DNA of 64,000 nucleotides, taken from positions 8,384-72,383 of the forward strand of contig RHPI01000797.1 in NCBI GenBank assembly GCA_009103225.1, read 5' to 3'. Below, one piece after another: positions 1 through 12,300 of this stretch; positions within the stretch are counted from its first letter, which is position 1; the number at the start of each line of letters is the position of its first letter. A program made the position numbers and the translations under genes. Origin of the DNA: Chlorokybus atmophyticus. Its lineage: Eukaryota > Plantae > Mesostigma and Chlorokybus algae. The notes beneath the pieces are model-generated. The model saw nothing but the letters and a program-made list of their open reading frames with translations. It had not been told where the DNA came from and ran no database searches.

Positions 1-99
1 ACTCATCAAAGACATAAGGGGCTTTTGCGGTGTTGCAGGGTGAATGGGAGTAGCTGGACTGGAGAACACTATAGCTACTGGGTATGGGTCCAGAGGGTT

Positions 100-970
100 T
101 GCGTCTTGGCAGGGTCTGGGTTGGGGCTTGAAGGGTTTAAGGTGGAGACTTTCCAGGGTCTGTTTGGGGTTAGGAGGCTTTAAGGCAGGGCCTTTGCAGG
201 GTCTACTGGAAGGGTTTTCCGCACGGTCAGGGTTGAGACTTGCAGGGTCTAGCGGGCTGGCGGGCTAGCGGGCTAATACCTGGGCTAGCGGGCTGGGCCA
301 AGCGGGCCTGCTGGCTGCGGGGACTGGACAGCTGAAGACCAGAAGACTTTCTTCATGGGCTTTTTGTAGCTACTTCGTAGGGCTTTTGATAGGAAAGCTA
401 TAGCTGTGCTGTATGGCACTGGTTTGATTAGACCAGTGCATGACTTTTGTTGAATACATTGTGCCAGTATCACATTTTCTCTGCTGATAGGCCTCCGTGA
501 ATGGCACAACGCTTTTTTTGTCATTACTGGTTCTAAAACTATTTGTGCCAGTAATGGCAGGAAATTCAAGGATCTAGCCTTGGCACAATGGGTTCTTTGC
601 CAGTGCTGGCATGAAAGCATCAGAAACGGCACTGGCAGCAAGTTGTCTATTGCAGTAATGGACATAATCTTCAAATTCCAGCACCGGCTACAAGGCTGTT
701 GTGCCAGTTCTGGTCTTAAACTGTTCTTGCCAGAGCAGGCATGGAAAGCCTTGATGCCAGTGTCGGCAGTAAGGGCTTTGTGCTAGTATTGTTAACTATT
801 AAGTCATTTCAGTGCTGGTTATGGACGGCTTGTGCCACTTACCAGTAGGTGAGTTAGCATCCATTGCTGGCACAAGCCATTTTGTGCCAGTTTCGGGGCT
901 TTTCGGGTCTAGCCCCGAAAAGCAGGTGCCAGTACTGGCACAAACCGTTTGTGCCAGTACTGGCACGGGC
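100..970. repeat. Array of short motif repeats in both orientations (TTGTGCCAGT / ACTGGCACAA, GCAGGGTCT, GGGCTAGC), resembling a DNA-transposon subterminal region
   Basis: TTGTGCCAG(T) occurs at 459, 543, 699 and 882, a variant TTGTGCCACT at 830, and the reverse CTGGCACAA at 867. There is a 41-bp palindrome at 926-966 and an inverted pair TTTCGGGGCT/AGCCCCGAAA at 891-920. No credible protein ORF. Confidence 0.6.
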
Positions 971-1199
971 TGCAGTTCCCATGTGAAGCTCAGTAGCCTG
1001 CATGCAACACCTATCATAGCCTGCCCCTCAGCTTGCATTTGCTGGCCACAGCCACTTCACAATAGCTGCGGCCAGCAAGCTGATGGGACTCAGGAAATGC
1101 TGTCTGCGCCTGTCAGCCTTTCTCGAGTCCCTAAATTAGGGCAAACTCACTTTTGGGGTCAGACCCCCTTGCATATCCTACTTTGGCGCGTTGTATCTG

Positions 1200-3930
1200 A
1201 CACAATACCGCGCCAAAAAATAAACAACGAATACCTCCGTATAGCTTATAACCTCAGCTGCACATCATGCATACACATCACCGCCAACAAACCAACCAAT
1301 CAAAAGATACAACCTTAAAACCTCAAGTCATCCTCAAAATAGGAGACTTTACCCTAGTACTCACGGCAGACGTCCTTAATGACTTAAATACATCATCACA
1401 TTGAGCGCAATCCTAACGCAGAAAACATCAACATTCAAATTAACCGTGCTTTATCTACTGCGTGCCCATTGCAACGGGTAGCATGCCGTTTTGGATAAAC
1501 GCTCCGCGATTTAAAGCAAAACTTTATGCTGAAAACGCTAAGCGCCGTGCACAAAACGAAAAGAAAATGTCCGTAACCGACGCAGGGGACATGCGAGACA
1601 ACAATATGACAATAGAGATGGCGCTATATCAGTTCTTGTATCCATATTGTTTGCATGATTTCAATGGCCATTGCGACTTTACGACATATTTATGCTTTCG
1701 CATTTCTTGCTTGTTTTCGATATACACCTTGTACAAACCGTATTTGCTAATGTATCAAGTACGTCAAGCCATGCGTGTAATCAGCATGCGGTTTACAGTA
1801 TGCTTACAAAAAGAGTTCCATAAATACAGAACAAAAGATCCAACATGCACAGAATAAGAAACGTATCAAGCATTAATGAAATAAAATATTCTGCGCACAG
1901 TGCCCCAATAGCCAATTTAGCACAAATCAACTATTAGATGTTTTAACTCTTGTAAACGCGTGGGGCTTACCGTCATATTTCTTAACATTAACTTTGGATG
2001 AGGTTTCTTCAACTCGATGGCCCAAATATGATGATGTGGAAAACATATTGCACAAAATTAGTGCTAACTTGACATGGCGCGATTGCCCAGTCGAGGGCGC
2101 ATTACTATTTCATCACGAACGCAGCAATTTTATGAATACGCACATTATCGGAGATGGAATGTTAAGTCGCGTTCAACATCATGTCCTGCGTTACGAAATG
2201 CAAAACAGAGGTTCCGTACATGCACATACTATGTTGTGGATGGATGAGGCCAATGTTGAGCGAGTTGTAATTGAAATAGTAGCGGTCGTACCAGCAGAAT
2301 TGAATAATGCTGTGAAAACCTTTGTTACACCCACCAATCCATTGTTATGCCAGTTATACGAACATGTGACTGCTAAACGAATGCATACATGCCAAGATAC
2401 AGGTTGCCGCAAAAATGGCACATGCAAATATAGCTTTCCACGCGCGCCGCATACTGGCAACTGCGATTACGAGGCACACATCAGACGATACTTGTATTTT
2501 AGACGACGACATAGTGATCGGAACGTTGTACCATATCATCCTCTAATTGCCTTGTTGTGGGGAGCGCATGTTAATTTGCAACGTATATGCAATGAAGCGT
2601 GGTCGCATTACGTGTCAAAGTATGCGGTGAAGTTGGAACCATATGGCGCGTTAAATTTAAAGGTAGATGCTGCGGGGGCTTGCAATTGGGTTAAAAAGAA
2701 CTAACTGGAACGGAATTAAAAGTGGTATCTGCGTCATACATGTCCAAACCAATTAGCCCCGCAAAAGCTGCTATGTCATTACTTAATATTCAAACAGTGG
2801 AAATGTCGAGTAATATGTAATATATGTTGATTTGCGACCGCGTCAATATCATACAATCAACATTGCTGCGGGTGCTAAATTGCATAAAGTTAACAATATT
2901 GCGCGCGTCCAGAAGCATTAGGGCAAGTTACATTTGCTAATTATTTTCGGTTATACAACATAATCAACCGGAAACAGCACAATACTATTCAATCATAATG
3001 GCCATCAACGGCATACACACTTTTTGTCGGCACTACTATTCTTCTCTTGACAAAGTACGTATATCAATTAAGACAATTAAAATTGGTCCGGTTTAGACAT
3101 TTCCATCCAATACAACACACGCAGGCTTTTTTTTAACAATGTATTATTAAAGAATGTCCCTTTTTCGTTTAAAAAATCAGATACAAGCTGCTGAAAGTGT
3201 TGACTGCTTGCACGAATGTTTAAAGCGCGGTCTTGTGAGCGAAAAAAACATTAACGAGCATATGCATGAATACGCACGCCGTCACTTGCCAACAAACGAA
3301 AAAAATGACTTGCTTTCCAATTTACTGCAAAGACATTTGCATTTCCATGCATAGCAACGCAATACCATCATCAATTGATCTTGATACCGATGCAAACGAC
3401 GTAAAACTGTTTGCGGAAGACTTCGTAGATTTTACCATCAATCATTTAACATCCGAACAACAAAATGTGTTTAATACGGTTGTAGATAACAACGAAGGTC
3501 TTTTCATGATCACCGGCACCCCTAGACGTGGTAAAATGCATTTAATCAAGACATTAGCAGCACACTTTTAGCGCGTTTAATTCACCAGTCCGTGAAAACG
3601 GATTGATGAGCACTTTATACCCCACATATGCATCACATTTAGCCATCTCCGTAATGGACGTTTTCATTATCGACGACTTCTTGATGTTGACCAGCGGTGT
3701 CTTCAACTTGATAATGTATCGCATACAAAGTGTACATCCATTGATGACAATTTTAGATGCAGTTACTATTATTCTCGTCGGCGACATGCACCAACTCCCA
3801 GCTGTACGTTGGCACAAAGCAAGTAATTGCAAACGCTGCAAAATCACCACAAGTCATTGGTGGAAAGAAGCTCGCGTAATACAACTGCAATCATCAGTTC
3901 GATAGCAAACAGATCCAGAGCTGTGGGCTA
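1200..3930 (+). mobile_element. Decayed Helitron-superfamily Rep (HUH) / PIF1-helicase element, fragmented by stops and frameshifts
   Basis: ORF 1994-2704 carries HUH motif 2 (YEMQNRGSVHAHTMLW) and motif 3 (PYHPLIALLWGAHVNLQ...YVSKYAVK). ORF 3266-3571 has a degenerate Walker A (FMITGTPRRGKMHL). ORF 3603-3905 has IIDD and VGDMHQLPAV. Homology ends near VIQLQSSVR, so the helicase C-terminus is missing. Confidence 0.85.
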
Positions 3931-4282
3931 TGGGCGTTGTGGGCTGTGGGCGGAATTAGCAACGGTGATTAACGAAATTAACAAAATATAATTAGCGGGT
4001 GATTAAGAGGATATGTACGATGCCACGTTCCGCGCGCAGGAGGTGAGCATCACTACTGGTCTGTATAACGCAATATGAAGCCATGCATATGCACACTTCT
4101 ATAATATGCAAATATGACACAATGCTTCCATTGGAAAGCAAGTGCAATTCGATATATCGGATCAATGCACGCAAAACAACAATTCTCAGAATACATCACG
4201 TTAATGCATCAAATTGCCCGTCAATGTTCTGACCTAGCTTGCTGATATTAAGTCTCTCAATGATCATATTTGCTCATGCGCC

Positions 4283-4283
<1 letters not shown>

Positions 4284-4377
<94 letters not shown>

Positions 4378-4378
4378 N
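4284..4378. repeat. Poly-C tract ending in N (assembly gap edge)
   Basis: About 94 consecutive C followed by n at 4378. Confidence 0.9.
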
Positions 4379-4601
4379 CATTGAATTTGCTTCAACGCAT
4401 AGTTGGGGAGGGGCTTTGTGGCTCTATAGCAGTAAACTGGTATCCAATGGACTACCATTCCATTCGCCCAATCATGACTGCAACGGCAAATGCACACAGT
4501 CTCAAAGCGTTAAACCCGTTCTCCCGACCCGTATTCGGGAATCTTGCCGCCACACCAACCAAACGAACCAACGAACAAAACCAAACAAAGTGCGCGACAC
4601 G

Positions 4602-4609
4602 AAACCCTA
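4602..4609 (+). promoter_or_regulatory. Telo-box (AAACCCTA) upstream of the DDR4-like gene
   Basis: Exact AAACCCTA about 275 bp upstream of the ATG at 4883, at the edge of a GC-rich 5' region. Confidence 0.55.
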
Positions 4610-4882
4610 GAGCCGCCCTGCCACGTGGCAGCCGCAAGACGCAGCGGCGCCGGAGGCGGCGGGGGACAAGGAAGAGGAGGTGGACGCGGAGCCTGCCTGC
4701 CTCGGACTTTTAGCACGAATTCCACTGAATTGCAGCCACGGAGCAGCCGGTGGCGCTGATTGGCGCTGAGGGGGCGGGTTGGCCTGGCCTGACCAGAACG
4801 GGCCAGGTCGGACCAGGACGGACAAGGCTGGTTGCATTGCATGCGACACTGGGGCTCAGGCTAGGGCTGCTGCTGCGGTTCC

Positions 4883-7800
4883 ATGGGGAGAGATGAGGGG
4901 AATGATGACGGGAGCTTGAAGCAGGAGGAGGACGAGGAGGCGCTGGGGGAGGAGGGTGACGAGGCGGCGGCTGCAGTCGCCGAAGCGGACAACCGGCCTG
5001 CTGTGCGGCGGTCAGGACGGCCTCGCAAAAATGTACACGAGCTGCCGCCCAGGCCTCCCCCTCGAGCCGTCAAGCACCATGAGGACAACGGCGCCGCCGT
5101 CACCGCGGACAGCGACGGCGAAGACGCCCTTACCGACCCCGACAGCCAGCGCAAGCAGCTCAGAAAGATGTGGGAGTTGGCGTCAGTGCTTAACTTTCTG
5201 CACGTAAGCTTCGTGGAGAGTTGGCGTCCACAATTTCAACAGAATGCATGTTGATGCTTTGACGCCGGCAGCTGTAGTCACCTGTCAGAATGCACATGAA
5301 GTTTCGCAATTCCCTGTAACTACGTTGCTACGTACTCCAGGCAGCATACGATTTGAATGTTGGGAGCACAGCATGTGAGTTCGCGTGCACAGTCAGCACT
5401 TTTTACATGGGCATAGCCTGAGTTGTCTCAGAGTCAACATCTCCAATGCATGTGGGAACATCAATTATGCTGCGAGTTGGTGGTTATCATACCCACATGT
5501 TGACAACTAGCGACGTGCACACCGCAGTGGACTGTCATGGCATGCTGTGCGCATGCTGTCGGTCATACACATTGGGACGATTACTTTTTGGGCAGTTGCG
5601 TTCAATGTTGCTTCCTGACAGTGTTTGTACTGTATCTATCTGGTACAGACCTTTCGGGAGGTTCTCCATGTTACCGTGAGCTGCACCGTTGAGGATTTAG
5701 AAAGCGCGTTGATACATCCCAACACAACTCTGGCGGATCTGCACATAGACATTTTGCGTGTAAGCAGTTCCCAGTGTGTCCGCATGAGTACTTATATGTT
5801 GGTGGGTTCCTCACATGTTAAGTGTCAATGTAGGGGGTATCGCCAAAGCTAAAGTCCTCGGTCAACTATGACAGTTGGCATCAGTACCTGAGAACCAAAA
5901 CACGCTTCCAGTTGCAAGAGGTGAGCATAGCATGATGAAATTGTAGATACCCAAAGCCTGTCATGACGAAGAGGACGATGGTTGCTGCTTGGCACTGGTT
6001 ATTTTTCTGCGCGTGCGCGTGCGCAATATCCGCTGGCTGACGACCTTGTGATGCTGATGGTTGTTTCGTGTATTACTCAGCTGTTGGGCCAGCACGAGTT
6101 TGCCATCATTGAGCGAGGGTAAGCAATTGTTCCAGCTGGGTTGACAGTTCTTATGATCTAGGTCATGAGAACGCTGCGTCAAGTGGTCATGCGTGCTGTA
6201 TTGTGCAGAAGGGAAAGTGAGGCTTACGCAAAGCTTTCAGCACCTCAGCGAGTGCGGTTGCTGCTGGCCATCTGCGAGCTGCGGAGCGATGTATGCATAT
6301 GTTGATACTGTTCGTAGCTTGACAATCGGTCCCTGCAGTAGCTGTCGCCATTTGATAAAATGCGTTTTGCCGCAGTGTGCTGATGTGCAATCGTACATAT
6401 GTGAGGCAATGAAGAAGGGAGGCTCGGGCGCTGATTATTTCAGGCCGGGCCCCCTGGGTAATGACAGCGCTGGCAACATGTACTGGTAAGCATGAACATG
6501 CGGTTGCATGTTAAGGTGACGATGCTTACCATCACGCGTGTGGCATTTGTTAGTGTCTCAAGCGGTTTGGGCCCCTGATCTTCCGTGCCTGTAGGTATGA
6601 GTTGGATGATATCTGCGGCTGGCGGATGTACAAAGAAGCGCCCTGGTGGACGGTGAGTAGCATACTAGGCAAGCTGTTAGTTGCAATACGTTGGCACCTG
6701 CATCTCTGCTTATATAAACCTGCACAGGGCAAGAACAAGCAGTCAGGAACGGGCAGGCGGGCATTGCCTCCTACTCAAGCTTCTTGGGATGTTGCTGCAT
6801 CTTCTTGTGAAGAGTTTCGGCAACTTGGGGTAAGCTTAACAGGTGTCAACTTGTATGTGTATCAAGGTTGGGGATTATTTACTGGGGTAGCATACGGTTT
6901 TGCTTGGACAACATGATCTTAGTCTTAGTGTGAGAAGTAAGAATGTTGCCGCGCAGGACAAGCTGGCCAACAGCAGGCATAAAGGAGAGGCCAAGCTTGG
7001 GCGGATGGTTCTCACCGACCTTGTCCCCGGTTTGGAAGACAAGGAAAAGGTAGGCAATACTTGTGGCAACAGCAAGGCATTACTTTGTTGGGGTAGTTGT
7101 ACACATTCAAGTGTGCGCGTTTGCTCGCGAGCACACGCGCACACTTGCAAACTGCACACTCAAGGTGATTATGCAGAAGCGTGAGAAGGAGCTCAAGAAG
7201 CAGCAGCGAGCTCACCACCAGTTGGAGAAGTTTGTGCCAATGTGGGCGCAGACTTCCCTTCGGCCACGTCGTGAGCGCAAGCCTGTGAGCTACACCTTTG
7301 AGGCGTATGAGCAGTCCATTGCTGAAGCCATCCGCAAGACTAACCGAACCCGAGATTCCTCCTCGCCAGAAAAGGGCTCACGCCAACGCATGCGAGAGTA
7401 AGGTTTCTTGTTGTTGTGGTGCTGGCCAGCATGTTTGTGATCTTCGTTGCACTTCATACTGTTGCAAGGGGATCTACTCATACAGGAATTCTCTTGGTTG
7501 TCTTGTTCACACTTGTCGTATCTCGTTATTAAGGAGGTGCACGGCCTCAGTGTTGGCTGTTGCAGAGCGCAGTTGCGTAGACCCAACCCGATGGATGAAG
7601 TGGCCCAAGGCATGCGTCGCGGGCGCTCAGCAGGACTGGATGCATCCACGTCGCATGCAAGCGACCACTTTGTCGTCAATGGCAATGGGCACGATACCCA
7701 CGACATTCTGTATCACACGGGCCCTGTTCATTACGAAGGTCGGTGTCCTGATTGTTATTGAATTGCATTCTGCTGATGTGTCTGTTGCGCTGGGTGATGT

Positions 7801-9040
7801 TTGGTACGATATTGATTGTGCATGCCTGACTAGAATCAGACTTGGAGGAACATTACAATGGGCACAGCAATGACAACAAAGAGGAGGCTAGTGACCGGGA
7901 TTGGCATGGCATTGAGGGCGACGAGGTGGAAGACGAAGAGGTGTACCATGAGCATCAGAATGGCAAAAGAAAGCGCGAAGATGAGGACTTCAGTTACGAA
8001 CGAAGGTGTGCTTGTCTGCTTGATGTGCAGTGCAGTTGTATCCAGTTGTCAACACCAGAAGGTCATGTGGCTGTGCCCTGTGGTTCGTCATCTAACACAT
8101 GCAATATGATCATGATGCAGGCCACGCAGTTTTAGGCATCATCCCTCAGTCGGCCCTGCTCCAACGCGCGTGTCTTCACGGGTCAAACGTCAAGTATGTC
8201 ATATTTTGGGATAACGTCTTTATGTCTGCATCCAGAGACATGTGGACTTATATTAGCGGTGTGTTCAGGTGGTTAGAAATGATTTCAGCTACGCTTCCAG
8301 CAATGACGGTATTGACGAGAGCGGCGACGAGCAAAGGAGACAAGCTGCAATGGACGGGCCATCTGCATCTACACGCCCAAGACGTCAGGTATGGACATTC
8401 ATACGTTTCTACCCCCAGTCATTGAGCACAAAACTGTCAGGACCAGTTACAATACCACCCATTTGTGCGTATTATGATATTTGGTTGGCTTCAGCAGGCA
8501 GCGCTGCAGGAAGCTCACAATGCCCAGTACGTATCTGGCAGTGAACTGGATGAGGAGGATGCTATTGAAGAGGCGACCCCAGCTGGGCCAAGCTTGAAGC
8601 GCATCACTCTTCGCGTGATGAACGGTGCGGCTCAGCGTCCGTATGTATCTGATGAAGATGAGGATTGTGGGCCAGTGGCAGCTCATCAGGTACGTCCGAT
8701 TAAGTAATAAGGTCGCCTGTATCCTGTTGTTTGCACATTACTTCGCACTGTTAGTCTGTTGGTGTTCCCGCAACGTCTAGTGCAACACCGGTGGATTGAC
8801 ACAAGAGGCTCTCTGCAGAGTGAGGGAGGAGGGCACTACGTTGAAGACGATGAGGATGATGTTGAAGATGCGGATGAGGATGAACAGGATTATGAGGAAG
8901 AAGAACGCGGTCATACCCCACCATCAGATGCTGGGCGAACAGACCCCAATCTTGAGTTTGACAGCTCACCGCTTTTGCCCCGTGATAGCAAGATGGACTC
9001 TCAACAACACAAAAGTGTTCCCAAGAACGGTTTTGGTTGA
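4883..9040 (+). CDS. DDR4: DDT-domain-related protein, DDR4-like (ISWI-complex accessory subunit); multi-exon
   Basis: Spliced translation gives LRKMWELASVLNFLH|TFREVLHVTVSCTVEDLESALIHPNTTLADLHIDILR|GVSPKL (exons 4883-5203, 5649-5759, 5834-5920). Later segments are YAKLSAPQRVRLLLAICELRSD, FRPGPLGNDSAGNMYW|YELDDICGWRMYKE and RERKPVSYTFEAYEQSIAEAI. These match, in order, the blocks I recall from plant DDR4 (MWELASVLNFLH; RKPVRYTFDDY). The acidic C-terminal exon stops at 9040. Confidence 0.85.
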
Positions 9041-9314
9041 TTCACCTGCTATGCAGGGTAGTGACCTGTTGCTGTTCCGTCTTAGAGACCATGGTTGCCA
9101 ATTTGGGAAAATCAACTCGCTTGTACAGTGTACAAACACTGGTGTGTCTTTCACTGTTAGTGGTAGTAGTGCTTCCTCCAAGGCTGCTGAGATGGTGGCA
9201 ACCTTGACCAATGCCTGCCAAGACTATTTCTTGCTTCAATACCATAAGCAACCGCTATTGAAGCAGCTTGTCTTCGCATGCACAGAGAGACAGAAAGACG
9301 TGCTTACCACGCTG

Positions 9315-12300
9315 TCACCATAACAATATATCTAGTGGATGGTGACCATGATTCAACGCCAATCTGTGTCTAAACATAAAGCCGACAACTTTGCCCCTTG
9401 CCCGCCCCTTCATTTGGCAGTGCACAGGTGCATGGATGGCGTGCACAGCTGCTGCGTAGGCTGCTCTTTCTACAGTGACCATATAAATGCGTAGAGGAGG
9501 AGCACCACACATTACCCATATGCACATCCGTGCGCGGCAACATGCATCACAGCTCGTAAACCCTTGGGCAGGCCAACTGCGCTATGAAACCTTGGAAGGC
9601 CTGGCATCTGTCCTGTTTTGTGAACCCTCACTGTCGGCATCACTGTCAGCAGCATCACCGTCTTTGTCGCCATTGACAGCTGAGGCGACAGTGCCAGATT
9701 CTGCCTCATTGCTTACGGACATGCTGGACGGCTCCACATCACCGCTAACAGATGCAACTTGAGTGGAGTCAGTTGATGAAGGCCGCGGCAACTCAGTGGC
9801 AGATGCAGCGACAAGCGGTGGCTTTGTAATGGCAGAGAGCATAAACTCTGGCAAGGTTGGTTCAGCCAGCGCTTGGGGGCTTTCCGCAAGCTCTGGCTCT
9901 GCCGGCGGTAAGTATCGCAGTTTCTTAGCCGTCATGTCTGCAATGAACTCCGCTGGGTCATGGAGCAAAGCTCGAAGCACTTCCTCACTTGCCGCCCGGA
10001 CGTGCAACTTGCAGGTGACCTGCGGTATTGCTGCAATTGCAGAAGCATGCCGCAGCACAATCAAGAGCTCCACTGTCTCTTGGTACCACGTCTTTGCAGC
10101 GTAGCACACCTGGTGCACAAGCAACAATCAACACTTGCGACCAACTAGCAAATTGCATTTCGTCAAGATTCCCTAGTAATATCTGCAACTCACTTGTAGC
10201 GGACCCCCAGCTTCAGGTAGCACCCTCGAATGGATCTTAGCAAAGTTTCGAGCTTCGATGCTGGCAACGTAGCTTTCAAGAATAGAGCTGCCATAAGCGC
10301 CTGCCTTTTGAGGTCTGCTCGCGCAAGTCAGAGTAGCACTCGCCGGCAGGCCCGCCCATACTGAGTAGAACATGGAGGGTCGCAAGTACAGCGGTCGAAG
10401 GAGATCAGTGAGAGGAACTGGACACCCATAGAACACCCATGAGTTACAGTAGTATTGCAGTCACACAATCCATGCCACTGACAAAGAGAGATCGCAACAG
10501 CCACAAACCTATGTATGGAAGACACGGCAGAATCACAGGGGCAAATGCAGAGTTTGTGCTTGCTTCCTGTCATAAGGTTGTCAGCGTATGTCAGTAACTT
10601 CACAACAGGCTGTTGGGTGCATGCAGATTACTTGAGCCCGCACCCCATTCTCCCTTGGGCTGCCTTCATTGAAGCCACCTTCATCGTCATCTGTGGAAGT
10701 AGCTGCATCGGGAAGGTAAGTAATCTTGGGTAAAAGCTCACTTCGATCAAATGCAGAAACTTGCAGTTGGAAGCTCATCTCCTCCGCTTCCTGCAAGAGG
10801 TATATGTGGAGCAATGCATGAGGTTCAGTGGGGTATCACCGCCACATGTCAGCTCGTACTGCATGAATGGCTAGTCCAGCAAACATGCCACTGGGTTATG
10901 CATGCTATGCGGATTGTCCATCACTGATAGGCATTTGGAAATTGTCTATACTGTCTATGGATACCTCGGGCAAGACACTGGGAAGGCTTAGAGACAAGGA
11001 GGTGTCATTTCCAATCAATGACAGACCACCTCGCAAACCAACTTGCAGGGTGACGGCTTTCACTTCAAAATCTACCACATTGACAACCTGGGGACAGCAC
11101 TTAACATTAGCTAACTGTCGGGTACTGGGCGGGAACTGTTGGCGACAGCAGTTGAACAACACTTCGCCGACAACTAACAAGGAAATGCACCCGGATGGAT
11201 AAAGTGAGCTGCTGCAGCTGAGCATTGGCTGTGTGGGTGGCTTCCATATATAAGGGATCGCTTCCACCTGTCAAAGCCTGCATAATTCCCATGCATGTGT
11301 CAATGTCATGACAAACCTATGCTGCCAGTATGATGCGATGCATGTGCAGTGCACTCACACGTACTTGAGCTCTGCGTTGCTTGCGTGCTGATGTGTCTTT
11401 GAACCGGCCCACACGTTGATGACTGATTGGACGCATAGCTCTGTGCAGGGTTTCATAGAACTCGCGATCCAGGACTGCGAATCCAAAAGGATACTCTGAA
11501 GATGCGCTGCCTATCAACCTGCTGCCACATAATAATGTCACGACAAAGGCACTGACAGACTGCAAGCTGACCAAGCCAGCTCCTACCTGCCATCATTTAC
11601 GGCTGATGACGGCTGCATATCAGGCTTTGACTCCAGAAACCGTCGCACTACTGTCGCTAGCCGGTCCTTTACCAAGCGACTCTTTCCTCTGTTGGAGTAC
11701 TCCTGCGCATGGATATTAGCAAGCTCTGGTAGCGAGAGCATTGTTGTAACTGAGTTATACCTGCTGCTGCAAGCTGTCCAGATTTGGCCGCTCCTGTAAG
11801 AGTTGAAGCCACCAGCAGCCTTGGTGATCACCTGTGACGCACAGAAATGTGAGCTCATTCCATGAAATGCCTATGAATCTCTGCAACCCAATGCGCCGAA
11901 CAATAAAATGGGTGGCCTTACCTAGGGCGGTTTCATCCACGACGAGTCGCTGCATCATACTCTCCAGCTTCTCTACGATCACATCATCTGGATCCACGGC
12001 CATATGCTGGCCGAGCAACCACAGCACTCGACTCTGGACATCTATATGGAAGCTCCCATAACCATCAAAGATATTCAACAGCAGTGAATGAAGACTACGT
12101 CCCACAATGTCAATAGCTGCACCCGAGATAACAGTCCCCTGCAACCATGTGGTCAGTTGTCAATGTTTCATGACTGGATGCACAGTGACCAACTGCATAA
12201 TGGACGCACAAAGAATGCACATGACTGTTAACTCAGTAGATGAACAAATTGCAGCATAGTCGCGAACCTGATTGCGGCAAAGCAATGCGACAAGCCTCAC

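Noticed and set aside
4239-4713. Poly-Pro / poly-Gly ORFs suggesting an extensin or formin
   Set aside because: They are produced solely by the poly-C run at an assembly gap. The same applies at 59097-59468.
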